Below, one piece after another: positions 1-7,322 of a stretch of DNA of 44,919 bases. How positions within the stretch are numbered: the stretch's first letter is position 1; each line of letters starts with the position of its first letter. A program made the position numbers and the translations under genes. The stretch is from a virus. The DNA is taken from IMG/VR virus record IMGVR_UViG_3300014202_000133, positions 1 through 44,919 of that record, one strand, 5' to 3'. The notes beneath the pieces are model-generated. The model searched no databases. It had not been told where the DNA came from and was given only the letters and a program-made list of their open reading frames with translations.

Positions 1-91
1 AAGCGAACGCCCGATATTCCGCACGGGTCGCAAGCTGCGAAAGGTACGAAAAGCCAGGGAAGCCGCCGCCGGGGTACACGTCTTGCGCGAA
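1..91. repeat. Terminal direct repeat, copy 1 of 2. Exact 91-nt identity with 44829..44919. Overlap of a circular or circularly permuted genome.
   Basis: Read directly: nt 1-91 (aagcgaacgcccgatattcc...gtcttgcgcgaa) recur base for base at the 3' end of the window. The repeat lies inside the portal reading frame and preserves it. Confidence 0.9.
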
Positions 92-325
92 GCTGTATGG
101 GTTCGCGTCCGTTGCCATGACTGGCGCCACTACTCCGGCCGGAACAACGCCGGGCGCCAGGGTGGGCGGCTTGATTGGATAGGTGTAAGGCTTGAGGGCG
201 CCGTCGGCCGCAATGCTTTTGGCTTTGGTTGCCGCCCGACGTAGGCCGGTGCCCTTGGGGGCTGGCGGGGCTTTGGGTTCGTTGCGCCGGATACGTGGCG
301 CCGCTTTGGCTTTTGCTTCGGGCAT
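1..325 (-). CDS. Portal protein, N-terminal part. It continues across the circular junction into 43642..44828.
   Basis: Minus-strand ATG at 325 opens MPEAKAKAAPRIRRNEPKAPP...VMATDANPYSFAQDVYPGGGFPGF. The last residues are the first residues of track ORF 43642..44907, so the frame is the same across the 91-nt overlap. 325 + 1187 nt = 504 codons. An alternative ATG lies at 118. The ORF is absent from the track because it runs off the window edge. Confidence 0.6.
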   Translation of the reverse strand, partial: MPEAKAKAAPRIRRNEPKAPPAPKGTGLRRAATKAKSIAADGALKPYTYPIKPPTLAPGVVPAGVVAPVMATDANPYSFAQDVYPGGGFPGFSYLSQLATRAEYRAFA

Positions 326-371
326 GGTCGACGCTCCGGGTAAATTGTTGGTCATTGTAACGCCGCGGGCA

Positions 372-1817
372 TTATCTGCCCATGGCCTTGTTTATCGCTT
401 CTTGCGTAATCTTGAGCTTGTTAAACAACGGATACAAGCGGCGCAATGCTTGGGTAAGGGCGTCGACTTGGTCATCGTTCGCCGCCGCCGGGAAGCTGGT
501 CAACTCCCCGACAAGGTCTTTCACCCATGGCGCAAAGTCCGGGTGCGGCAACCACACATTGCCCGCTTCCCAATAGCTGGTAACGGCATGCGCCCGGGCC
601 AGCTTGGAGCCGTCCGGTTCAATCGGGATGATGCCGGGCACGCTGGCTTTGAGCGTGTCGATTACCGCCGGGCCGTTCGCCTTGTCTTCAATCAAAACTT
701 CTTTGGTGCGCGGCCAGGCGGCACGCAAGGCGACGACTTCCTTCACGGTCTTGGTGAATGACATGCGGGCGCGGACTTGCGCCAGCAAATAGGCATTGGC
801 GCCAGCCTTGCCCCACACCTGGCCCACGACAAAGTCGGTGCCGTCCGTGTCCTTGAATGTGCAATCCCAAGAGGCCAGCACCTTGTCGAATTTGGCGGGC
901 AAGTCCTTGGGCAAGTAATAGCGCAAGCCTGATTCCTTGAACACGTTGCCACCCAGCGGCCGCGGGCATTGTTGGTACATGGCCGCCCACCAGTATTCTG
1001 AAAATAACCCCTTGACCTCATGCAAAAAAGCCAGGCTCTTGAGTTCGGGGACCAGGGGGCCGGGCGGCAAGTTCGGGTTATAGCCGACCTCTCCCGGCAA
1101 GTTGATTGCCGGGAAACGCAACACGGTAAGCCGCGGGTCGCCTTTGAAGTGGTTGCAAATGCGGGCGGGCAAATCGTCTTCAGCCCAGCTTGTCGCCATG
1201 ATGATTTGCCCGGAGTTCTCCGAAAGCCGGGTCGTGAAAACGGTTTGATACCAGTTCCAATGCCCTTCCTTCGTGGTGGGGCTCAAGGCTTCTTTTTCGT
1301 TCTTTACCGGGTCGTCAATGATGCCGATATCAACCGGGCGCCCCGTGAGGCCAGCACCAACGCCGACGCCCAGGTATCCGCCAGCGCCGCCGGGCGCCGT
1401 AAATTCCCCGGTGCGGTTGACGTCATAGCGGCGCCGTTCGGCGGCCACAGGGAATAGCCGCTTATGTTCGTCCGACGCCAGGTTGCGCCGCACGTCTTGG
1501 GCCATGGCCCCGGCCAGTTCGTCCGAATAGCTGGCCGCACCGACCCGCCAGTCCGGGAAGCGCCCCAGCAGAAACGCCGGAAGTTTGCGGCTGACAATTT
1601 CAGATTTGCCGTGTTGGGGCGGGGCCTGCAGCACCAGAATGGGCCGCTTGCCTGCGATCATGTCATCAATGAACATGTCGAGCGCCGCGCACACGGCGGC
1701 ACTAAAGCCACTTTGTTTATATTTTCGGTTCGTAAAGTTGATATAGGCGGCAAGGTTCCGCCGCGCTTCCCGGCGCCGTAGCAGTTCGGCCGCGGCTTCA
1801 CGCTTCGTCGGTAGCAT
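372..1817 (-). CDS. terL: Terminase large subunit
   Basis: The track ORF starts at a TTG (1841). The first ATG is at 1817 (MLPTKRE). Walker A-like PPQHGKSE, Walker B-like IGIIDDP, and C-terminal nuclease-type acidic motifs (SWDCTFKD, IEDKANG). It sits between the small terminase and the portal. Confidence 0.88.
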   Translation of the reverse strand: MLPTKREAAAELLRRREARRNLAAYINFTNRKYKQSGFSAAVCAALDMFIDDMIAGKRPILVLQAPPQHGKSEIVSRKLPAFLLGRFPDWRVGAASYSDELAGAMAQDVRRNLASDEHKRLFPVAAERRRYDVNRTGEFTAPGGAGGYLGVGVGAGLTGRPVDIGIIDDPVKNEKEALSPTTKEGHWNWYQTVFTTRLSENSGQIIMATSWAEDDLPARICNHFKGDPRLTVLRFPAINLPGEVGYNPNLPPGPLVPELKSLAFLHEVKGLFSEYWWAAMYQQCPRPLGGNVFKESGLRYYLPKDLPAKFDKVLASWDCTFKDTDGTDFVVGQVWGKAGANAYLLAQVRARMSFTKTVKEVVALRAAWPRTKEVLIEDKANGPAVIDTLKASVPGIIPIEPDGSKLARAHAVTSYWEAGNVWLPHPDFAPWVKDLVGELTSFPAAANDDQVDALTQALRRLYPLFNKLKITQEAINKAMGR

Positions 1818-2526
1818 CGTCGGCCTTGAGAATGGCGGCAAGTTGGTCGTCGCTCAAATCGTCCGCGGATAGGTGCGCCAGAGCAACAGGTCCGCCGCCG
1901 GGGCCGCTGATTTCCTTACGGTCGACCATCATGCCCAAGTAACGGGCCAGATTTGACACGGCGGCGTCTTTGTCCCGCATGGTTATTTTGATTCCGTTGC
2001 GGGTCCGTTCGGCGCCAGCATAAAGCACCTTTGCGGAGCCCTTGATTTTCCGGGTGTCCGCAATATGCACGTCTTCAACCCCCAAGCCGCCACACTCCGG
2101 GCATTTCGGGTTTGGCGCTCCGTTCGGGTCAAACCCGAAGCCGCCCATGCCGTCGGGGGCTGGCTTTTCGGATTCCACAGCCCTGTCGACCGCCCGCGCA
2201 TATTCGCCTTCCGTCCATTGGTATTGATGGTCGAAGCCATGGCAATGGCGGCAATTTAGGCGGCGGACTTGCACCAGGGCATTAGGGTCGGCCAATGCAA
2301 TTTTGGCCCATTGGTTGACAACCCACTCCGGCGTAATGCTGGCCGCGACGGCCACCTCTTCCATCCGGTCGCGTATCGCATCCTTAATTTCAGTGATTTT
2401 CAGTAAGTTATGGGCCGTTTGCCCGGCGCCATTTTCGGAATATCCGGCGCGAATAGCAGCCTGCGTCGCATTTTCATCGACGCAATACTCGTTCACAAAT
2501 CGGCGTTGTTTGGGTGTCAGGCTCAT
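1798..2526 (-). CDS. terS: Terminase small subunit (HTH, Terminase_2-like)
   Basis: ATG at 2526. The N-terminus MSLTPKQRRFVNEYCVDENATQAAIRAGYS is the classic small-terminase signature. It overlaps terL and is the first gene of the leftward late block. Confidence 0.85.
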   Translation of the reverse strand: MSLTPKQRRFVNEYCVDENATQAAIRAGYSENGAGQTAHNLLKITEIKDAIRDRMEEVAVAASITPEWVVNQWAKIALADPNALVQVRRLNCRHCHGFDHQYQWTEGEYARAVDRAVESEKPAPDGMGGFGFDPNGAPNPKCPECGGLGVEDVHIADTRKIKGSAKVLYAGAERTRNGIKITMRDKDAAVSNLARYLGMMVDRKEISGPGGGPVALAHLSADDLSDDQLAAILKADDATDEA

Positions 2527-2896
2527 AGTGCCCTAATTCTAGCCCCAGGCGGCCACATGTAGCAACCACAATGAACGGCGCCCATGTTTGCCGGACCCCT
2601 TACCCTGTTACCCCAGCCCCAAAAATTACGGGGTGGGTAAAATTTATTCAATTAAATCAACGGTTTACACTCTCTTTACCCCTATACCCCTTAAATATAA
2701 AATTGCTGTATACAGAACGCTATACATACATAATTATAGGCACATACCATAAGTTATGTATAGTAAAAGGAGCCGCAGTAGACGAAAACGTGTGTCGGGG
2801 TGGGCTTTTGGGGTAAAAAATCATAACTTTAGCCGGTAGGTATTGCGGGAACGCAAGGAGTCGGCTACACTTCGACGCATCATAGGAGCGTAAACA
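2527..2896. promoter_or_regulatory. AT-rich divergent control region between terS (leftward late operon) and the rightward orphan gene. Carries iterated motifs and palindromes.
   Basis: The longest non-coding gap in the genome and much more AT-rich than the flanks. TTACCC(C/T) at 2600, 2608, 2676; ATACCCC at 2684; the inverted form GGGTAA/GGGGTAA at 2635 and 2810. CGGGGTGGG at 2629-2637 and 2796-2804. 10-bp palindrome ctgtatacag at 2706-2715. 9-bp inverted repeat ctatacata (2720-2728) / tatgtatag (2755-2763). Candidate sigma70-like promoter TTGCGG-17-TACACT at 2843-2871, then SD AGGAG before ATG 2897. Track ORF 2571..2816 is judged spurious. Confidence 0.5.
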
Positions 2897-3406
2897 ATGG
2901 ATATCCTAACTAGACCGGAAGCCCGCGCAAGGGGCCTTAAAACCTACTACACCGGGAAAATTTGCCGCAATGGGCATGATTCCTACCGCTACACCCAGTC
3001 GGGGACGTGTTCCCAATGTATCCGGGATGCAAACGGCGGCGGCCCCGTCGACCCTACTTCGGCGGCCAAGCGTGACGCCAAGGCGCAATTGGTACAAGCC
3101 CGCTTCCGGCTTCATGACGTTGACCGGGAAACTTTCGCGGCTTCGGCGTGGGCAATGGCGGTCATGCGCTACCCGGTGTTGACCTTGGGTGATATCGACC
3201 CGCACACGCTCCCCCAGGACAAGACGAACGGCACGGGCCTTTATGCGTTCTATTGCCACCACGAAGACGTCGACACGCTTCGCACGCTGGCGGTCGATAT
3301 CGTGCGCTCACACATGCGGGAAGTGGATTGCCAAAGCGTCAGCTTTCTAAATCGGGTCGGTGACTACTTGCTGCCCGATAGCACGCCCCCAATGTCCTTC
3401 AAGTAG
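2897..3406 (+). CDS. Hypothetical protein with an N-terminal zinc-ribbon-like motif
   Basis: ATG at 2897 preceded by AGGAG. N-terminus RGLKTYYTGKICRNGHDSYRYTQSGTCSQC (C-x3-H-x10-C-x2-C) is a motif I recognise from many small phage proteins. Lone rightward gene whose end overlaps the convergent 3399..4229 gene by 8 nt. Confidence 0.6.
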   Translation: MDILTRPEARARGLKTYYTGKICRNGHDSYRYTQSGTCSQCIRDANGGGPVDPTSAAKRDAKAQLVQARFRLHDVDRETFAASAWAMAVMRYPVLTLGDIDPHTLPQDKTNGTGLYAFYCHHEDVDTLRTLAVDIVRSHMREVDCQSVSFLNRVGDYLLPDSTPPMSFK

Positions 3407-4229
3407 CCAGGCGGCCCCCGTAGGGGCTCCCGGCGGCCGTGCCCTCACATGTGGGTATCAAATCCGGTTTGTTCGGTGAAGACGGCGGCCAGGCGTTGTA
3501 ATGCGCTTCCACCAGCACCAGGGCGGCCCGGTATTCAATCGCATGCACGTTGTCCCCGTGTTCGTCCTGCAGCTTACCTTTGAACTCTTCCACGGTGCCA
3601 AAGAAGCAACCGGCGCGAAGGAATACCCCCTTTTCCGTGAGGAACGCCGCTAAAACGTCTTGCCGCGAACCGATTGGGCCGACCGCGAAATACGGACGGT
3701 CGCCGGTCAACTTACCCGCGTCCCCAAGGTTCGCGCTGCGAAGGTCCGCGTCCCCAAGGTCCGCGCCGTAAAGGTTCGCGCCGTAAAGGTTCGCGCTGCG
3801 AAGGTCCGCGCCGTAAAGGTTCGCGCTGCGAAGGTCCGCGTCCCCAAGGTCCGCGCCGTAAAGGTCCGCGCTGCGAAGGTTCGCGCCGTAAAGGTTCGCG
3901 TCCCCAAGGTCCGCGCCGTAAAGGTTCGCGCTGCGAAGGTCCGCGCCGTAAAGGTTCGCGCTGCGAAGGTCCGCGCCGTAAAGGTTCGCGCTGCGAAGGT
4001 CCGCGCCGTAAAGGTCCGCGCCGTAAAGGTCCGCGCTGCGAAGGTTCGCGCTGCGAAGGTTCGCGCCGTAAAGGTTCGCGCTGCGAAGGTCCGCGCCGTA
4101 AAGGTCCGCGCTGCGAAGGTTCGCTTTCGCGTTTATCGCGGCGGCCAAAGTAATTGCGACGCTGTTGTCTTCGCATTCATGTGAAAACAGAATTTGCAGA
4201 GAAAAGCGGCTTTTGATTTCGATCTTCAT
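3399..4229 (-). CDS. Pentapeptide-repeat protein (27 tandem A[D/N]Lxx units) with a non-repeat C-terminal domain
   Basis: ATG at 4229 with SD GGAGAGG. Residues 36-170 are 27 uninterrupted pentapeptides ADLYG/ANLRS/ADLGD etc. Flanked by a 35-aa N-terminal cap and a C-terminal domain of about 105 aa (GDRPYFAVGPIGSRQDV...GCFFGTVEEFKGKL). This is the only one of the six open frames here with non-repeat flanks and a start context. Confidence 0.85.
   Translation of the reverse strand: MKIEIKSRFSLQILFSHECEDNSVAITLAAAINAKANLRSADLYGADLRSANLYGANLRSANLRSADLYGADLYGADLRSANLYGADLRSANLYGADLRSANLYGADLGDANLYGANLRSADLYGADLGDADLRSANLYGADLRSANLYGANLYGADLGDADLRSANLGDAGKLTGDRPYFAVGPIGSRQDVLAAFLTEKGVFLRAGCFFGTVEEFKGKLQDEHGDNVHAIEYRAALVLVEAHYNAWPPSSPNKPDLIPTCEGTAAGSPYGGRLAT
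3720..4124 (-). repeat. Coding tandem repeat with 15-nt period (27 units) underlying the pentapeptide array
   Basis: Units such as ggtccgcgccgtaaa / ggttcgcgctgcgaa / ggtccgcgtccccaa alternate without spacers. All six frames are open across it (track ORFs 3660..4184+, 3674..4153+, 3707..3907-, 3712..4176-). Confidence 0.9.
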
Positions 4230-4269
4230 GGTGTACCTCTCCAGGTGGTTAAAAATATGTCACGGGTGA

Positions 4270-4299
4270 ATTATAGCTAAATTATTTATCTAGCGTAAA
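4270..4299 (-). promoter_or_regulatory. Candidate sigma70-like promoter for the pentapeptide-repeat gene
   Basis: Minus strand reads TTTACG (4299-4294), an 18-nt spacer, then TATAAT (4275-4270), about 40 nt upstream of ATG 4229. Sequence match only. Confidence 0.45.
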
Positions 4300-4471
4300 C
4301 AAGTTTTTCAGCGGCTTGGATTACGGCCGTCGCTTTCTTGATGCTCTTGACCCGCCGGGCGCCCCGGTAGAAGTTCCAGCGGAAGCAATCGCCCGCCCAC
4401 TCATAGCGCACCAGCAAACCCGCGGGGCCGCAAATCAGTGTCGCCATGGTGGTGAAGTGGCCGGGGCTCAT
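4286..4471 (-). CDS. Hypothetical small protein (61 aa)
   Basis: ATG at 4471 overlaps the primase stop (ATGA coupling). No recognisable motif. Confidence 0.5.
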   Translation of the reverse strand: MSPGHFTTMATLICGPAGLLVRYEWAGDCFRWNFYRGARRVKSIKKATAVIQAAEKLVYAR

Positions 4472-6861
4472 AGATGCACAGGCGCCAGGGGGAACGGCAC
4501 GCGGTTATGGTTGTTGGCCTGTTCGTAGGCTTTGGCGGCTTCCGCGGCCCCTTGGATGGTGCGGGCGGGGCTGTCAGTCTTTACAAACAAGCGGGGCTTG
4601 CCGCCGTCCGGCAATACCAGATTGTTGACCCGCCCTTCAACTAGCGCCGGGTGATAGCCATAGCCCAGGGCTTCCAGCATTTCCTTACGCTTTGAATGCG
4701 TGACGCGGCGGGCAACCCCCAGGCGTTCCAGCAGGCGGTCGAGTTGAATTGACGATATCCAGCCCCCGCAAAAGCCGGGGAGCCCTTGGGCGATGGCTTC
4801 GTGTACCTCTTGTTCGACGCCGCCCGTGCTGGCGCTGATAGCGGCCGCGGTGCTGGTGGTGACGGGTGCCCGCTGGCAATGTGTGGCCGGGTTGTATTCG
4901 TCAGGGATTGGGAACGTGTGGAGCAAGTCCGAAACGATGGCGTAACCGTCGGCCCGGAGCCAGTCATAAAGGCGCGGGAAGTAATCCCCATCCATGCCGT
5001 CGCGCTTCAAGTCTTCGGCCTGTTGTTGGGCGCTGAATAGCAGACAGAACCGGCGGTCGTTTTTGGTCTTCCTTACGGCGTCTTGGTGGTTGCTGTTGAA
5101 CATAAAATTGCCGCACACGTCCGCGCTGATTTGGTCGACGCCCTTGCCTTCAATTTCCAGGCCGTCGCCGCCGGTAATCATGGGCTTCAACTCTTCGATA
5201 ATTTCGCGCTTTTGGTCCGGCACGTAAATATCTTCCACGCCGTAAAAGAGTTTTCCAATCATCCATGAATTGAATTGCGCGGCCAACTTTGACGCCTTGG
5301 GCCAATGGACATAACGGCGCCCAACGGCTTCCGCAACGCACCGGGTGAACAGGGTTTTGCCGTTGCCTTCAACGCCCTGCAGCAGTGGTGCCCATTGGAA
5401 CTTAACGCCCTTATGTTGCACGCATGCGGCCATGTAGCACAGCAGGATAAAGCGGTCGCGTTCGTCAGGCAGCACCTTTGCCAAGTGATTGAGGAATGGG
5501 GAGCCGTCCCCGGCCTTGCGCGGAACATCGACCGGCCAATAGGTGTTGACAAAGGTTTGGCCCCCACGCTGCACCAGGGAGCCGGGCGGCAAGTCAGGTC
5601 GGAAGCATGGGGCATTTGCACGCGGGCAGCGGTAAGCCTGGCTTTGCGTGAAGGCTTCCCATGCGTCCTTTGTTGTCTTTTCGTTCGCGGCGTCCATGGT
5701 GAAGGTGTAGCCGCCAAAATGAACTTTGAATTGCTCCGGCTTGAGCATGACGCCGCCAGGCACTAGGACGCGGTGAAGGTCTTGAATGTAGACGCAACCG
5801 GCGAACAGTTGCAATTGCATGTCGTTATTCACGAAGCTGGCGCCCGTCACCATGGTCGGCCGGGGCGGTTCGGTGCTGGCGCTGGGTGCCGGGCTTTCAG
5901 GCGCACCGGCCACAGGTTCCAAGGCCTTGTCGGTCAGCACTTCAAATTGACGGCCCACGGCGCCCAGGATGGTGCGGGGTAAATAGTCTTCCCGTTCCCA
6001 CTTGTCACGGGCCAGCGCGGAGCGGCGCATAAGCCTATCAATCCGGGCGCAATCCTTGCCCGTCCAAAATGCTAAATGTTGCGCCAGGGCGGCGTCGGCG
6101 CTACTGGAATCATAGCCGCGGGCGGGGTCGGGATATGCGCGGGCCAGGGCTTCCATGTTGCCCGTCCACAGGTCCGCAAAGCTGGCCCGGCCCCCAAATG
6201 CGGAAGCCGTGGATTGTGACCGCAACGCCCGGCGGATAAGTTCGTCGTCGTCCGTTGGTCCGCGCCATTCGGCGGCCGGGCCGTCGGTCCATCCTTGTTC
6301 CATGGCTTGCGCGGCGTCCGGCGGGAAGTATTGCGCGACCAGGCTGGGGAGTAGGTGCGTAAAGTCCGCGGCGGCGTTACCGCTGGCGCTGGTGCCAGTG
6401 AGTGCAACGAAGCGCCCGGAATGGTAGAACTCAAGGCCCAGGGCTTCATTTTTGCAACCATGCAGGGGTGGGCGGCCGCTTCCGAAAATATGCAAGCCCC
6501 GGCCGCTTTGGCTCACTTCCACGGCAGCGCCAGCAAACGCCCCGCAAAGTGCCTTTGCTACCGGGGACCAATCGGAACCGTCGGGCAATAGGCAACCATC
6601 AAGGTCGATAAACCAAAAGGGGTCGGTTTCCGTGAAGACAAAACCCACGCCGTAGGGGCCACCAAGCGTCGCGGCGGCAGCAATGGCGGTCGCGTGGTCC
6701 GTCCAAAAGGCCGGGTCGTGCGCGGAAACCACACGGCCGGAGCGGAAGTCGGCGGGGAATTTGTCAGTTTTGCCGGGGCGGGTGCGGCTGGGTTGCGCCA
6801 TATAGACAATAAATTGTCGATACGCACCCATTGGCCCTAAAGCTGGTGGAAGTTCGCGCAT
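4468..6861 (-). CDS. Bifunctional primase-polymerase / D5-like SF3 helicase
   Basis: 797 aa, ATG at 6861. N-terminal prim-pol-like motifs (FWFIDLDGC, GRGLHIFG). C-terminal P-loop GVEGNGKT followed by LFYGVEDI (Walker B-like). Confidence 0.85.
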   Translation of the reverse strand: MRELPPALGPMGAYRQFIVYMAQPSRTRPGKTDKFPADFRSGRVVSAHDPAFWTDHATAIAAAATLGGPYGVGFVFTETDPFWFIDLDGCLLPDGSDWSPVAKALCGAFAGAAVEVSQSGRGLHIFGSGRPPLHGCKNEALGLEFYHSGRFVALTGTSASGNAAADFTHLLPSLVAQYFPPDAAQAMEQGWTDGPAAEWRGPTDDDELIRRALRSQSTASAFGGRASFADLWTGNMEALARAYPDPARGYDSSSADAALAQHLAFWTGKDCARIDRLMRRSALARDKWEREDYLPRTILGAVGRQFEVLTDKALEPVAGAPESPAPSASTEPPRPTMVTGASFVNNDMQLQLFAGCVYIQDLHRVLVPGGVMLKPEQFKVHFGGYTFTMDAANEKTTKDAWEAFTQSQAYRCPRANAPCFRPDLPPGSLVQRGGQTFVNTYWPVDVPRKAGDGSPFLNHLAKVLPDERDRFILLCYMAACVQHKGVKFQWAPLLQGVEGNGKTLFTRCVAEAVGRRYVHWPKASKLAAQFNSWMIGKLFYGVEDIYVPDQKREIIEELKPMITGGDGLEIEGKGVDQISADVCGNFMFNSNHQDAVRKTKNDRRFCLLFSAQQQAEDLKRDGMDGDYFPRLYDWLRADGYAIVSDLLHTFPIPDEYNPATHCQRAPVTTSTAAAISASTGGVEQEVHEAIAQGLPGFCGGWISSIQLDRLLERLGVARRVTHSKRKEMLEALGYGYHPALVEGRVNNLVLPDGGKPRLFVKTDSPARTIQGAAEAAKAYEQANNHNRVPFPLAPVHL

Positions 6862-6864
6862 TGG

Positions 6865-7167
6865 TCAACCTGCCAGGGTTTCGAGTGCGCGGGCCTTCAA
6901 CTCCGGGTCGGCTTTCTTTGCATAGCTGTCACCGGCCGCCAAACCTTGGGCGACGACGGACAGGTTCGCGGCCTTGATTGCGTGGCGCATGATGGTGCGC
7001 CGAAACGTAATCATGGTGCCGAAATATTTTGAAATAAGCCCTTCGGCGCATTGGGCTTCACGGGCGACGGCTTCGCGTGTCAGCTTTGCCCAGCCCCCCG
7101 GCTGTCCGGCGACCTTCACGGCAGCATCAATGATTTGTTCTTTTCGCTTGTCAGGGTGTAGGCGCAT
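6865..7167 (-). CDS. Small HTH protein resembling a TetR-family N-terminal DNA-binding domain
   Basis: ATG at 7167. KEQIIDAAVKVAGQPGGWAKLTREAVAREAQCAEGLISKYFGT follows the TetR_N helix-turn-helix pattern. At 100 aa it has no ligand domain. Confidence 0.5.
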   Translation of the reverse strand: MRLHPDKRKEQIIDAAVKVAGQPGGWAKLTREAVAREAQCAEGLISKYFGTMITFRRTIMRHAIKAANLSVVAQGLAAGDSYAKKADPELKARALETLAG

Positions 7168-7322
7168 GGTAAGGGTATCCGGTGAATAGTTGGTGCATTA
7201 TGCTGGATGGTGACGGGGCCGTCAACGGTAAGAAAGAACCTGGCGACGTCAGAGTGCCGCGGCTGTCCCCCAATGGAATGCCACAGGATAAAGCCTAGCC
7301 GGTCATGTCTAATATATTTCAT
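7116..7322 (-). CDS. Hypothetical small protein (68 aa), translationally coupled
   Basis: Internal ATG of track ORF 7116..7442 at 7322. It overlaps the VRR-NUC stop as ATGA and is preceded by GGAGAGGG. Its 3' end overlaps the next gene by 52 nt, so the true extent is uncertain. Confidence 0.35.
   Translation of the reverse strand: MKYIRHDRLGFILWHSIGGQPRHSDVARFFLTVDGPVTIQHNAPTIHRIPLPCAYTLTSEKNKSLMLP

Noticed and set aside
1-91. Terminal repeats as biological DTRs, LTRs or IS ends
   Set aside because: The repeat lies within the portal ORF and keeps its frame. No transposase or inverted ends are present. It is best explained as the overlap of a circular assembly. Read-level data would be needed to exclude short genuine DTRs.
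192-761. A plus-strand 189-aa ORF, and ORF 2571..2816 in the AT-rich gap
   Set aside because: The first has a TTG start and is antisense to the terL 3' end and the portal 5' end. The second spans the control region with no SD and a low-complexity product. Neither fits the strand-block architecture.
3407-3440. The GCCCC-cgta-GGGGC hairpin after the orphan gene as a bidirectional terminator
   Set aside because: The stem is only 5 bp with no U-tract on either strand, and it lies inside the 3' coding end of the pentapeptide-repeat ORF.
3720-4124. A highly regular short-repeat array that could be taken for a CRISPR array or a non-coding satellite
   Set aside because: The period is 15 nt with no unique spacers. 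It sits inside a 276-codon ORF with a proper start, SD and non-repeat termini, and translates to perfect pentapeptide repeats.
2527-4299. A lysogeny module (integrase, CI/Cro, attP) in the accessory gap or elsewhere
   Set aside because: No tyrosine or serine recombinase motifs or repressor-like pair were recognised in any frame. The only HTH candidates are a 100-aa TetR-like protein and a 51-aa protein. The lifestyle cannot be settled from sequence alone.
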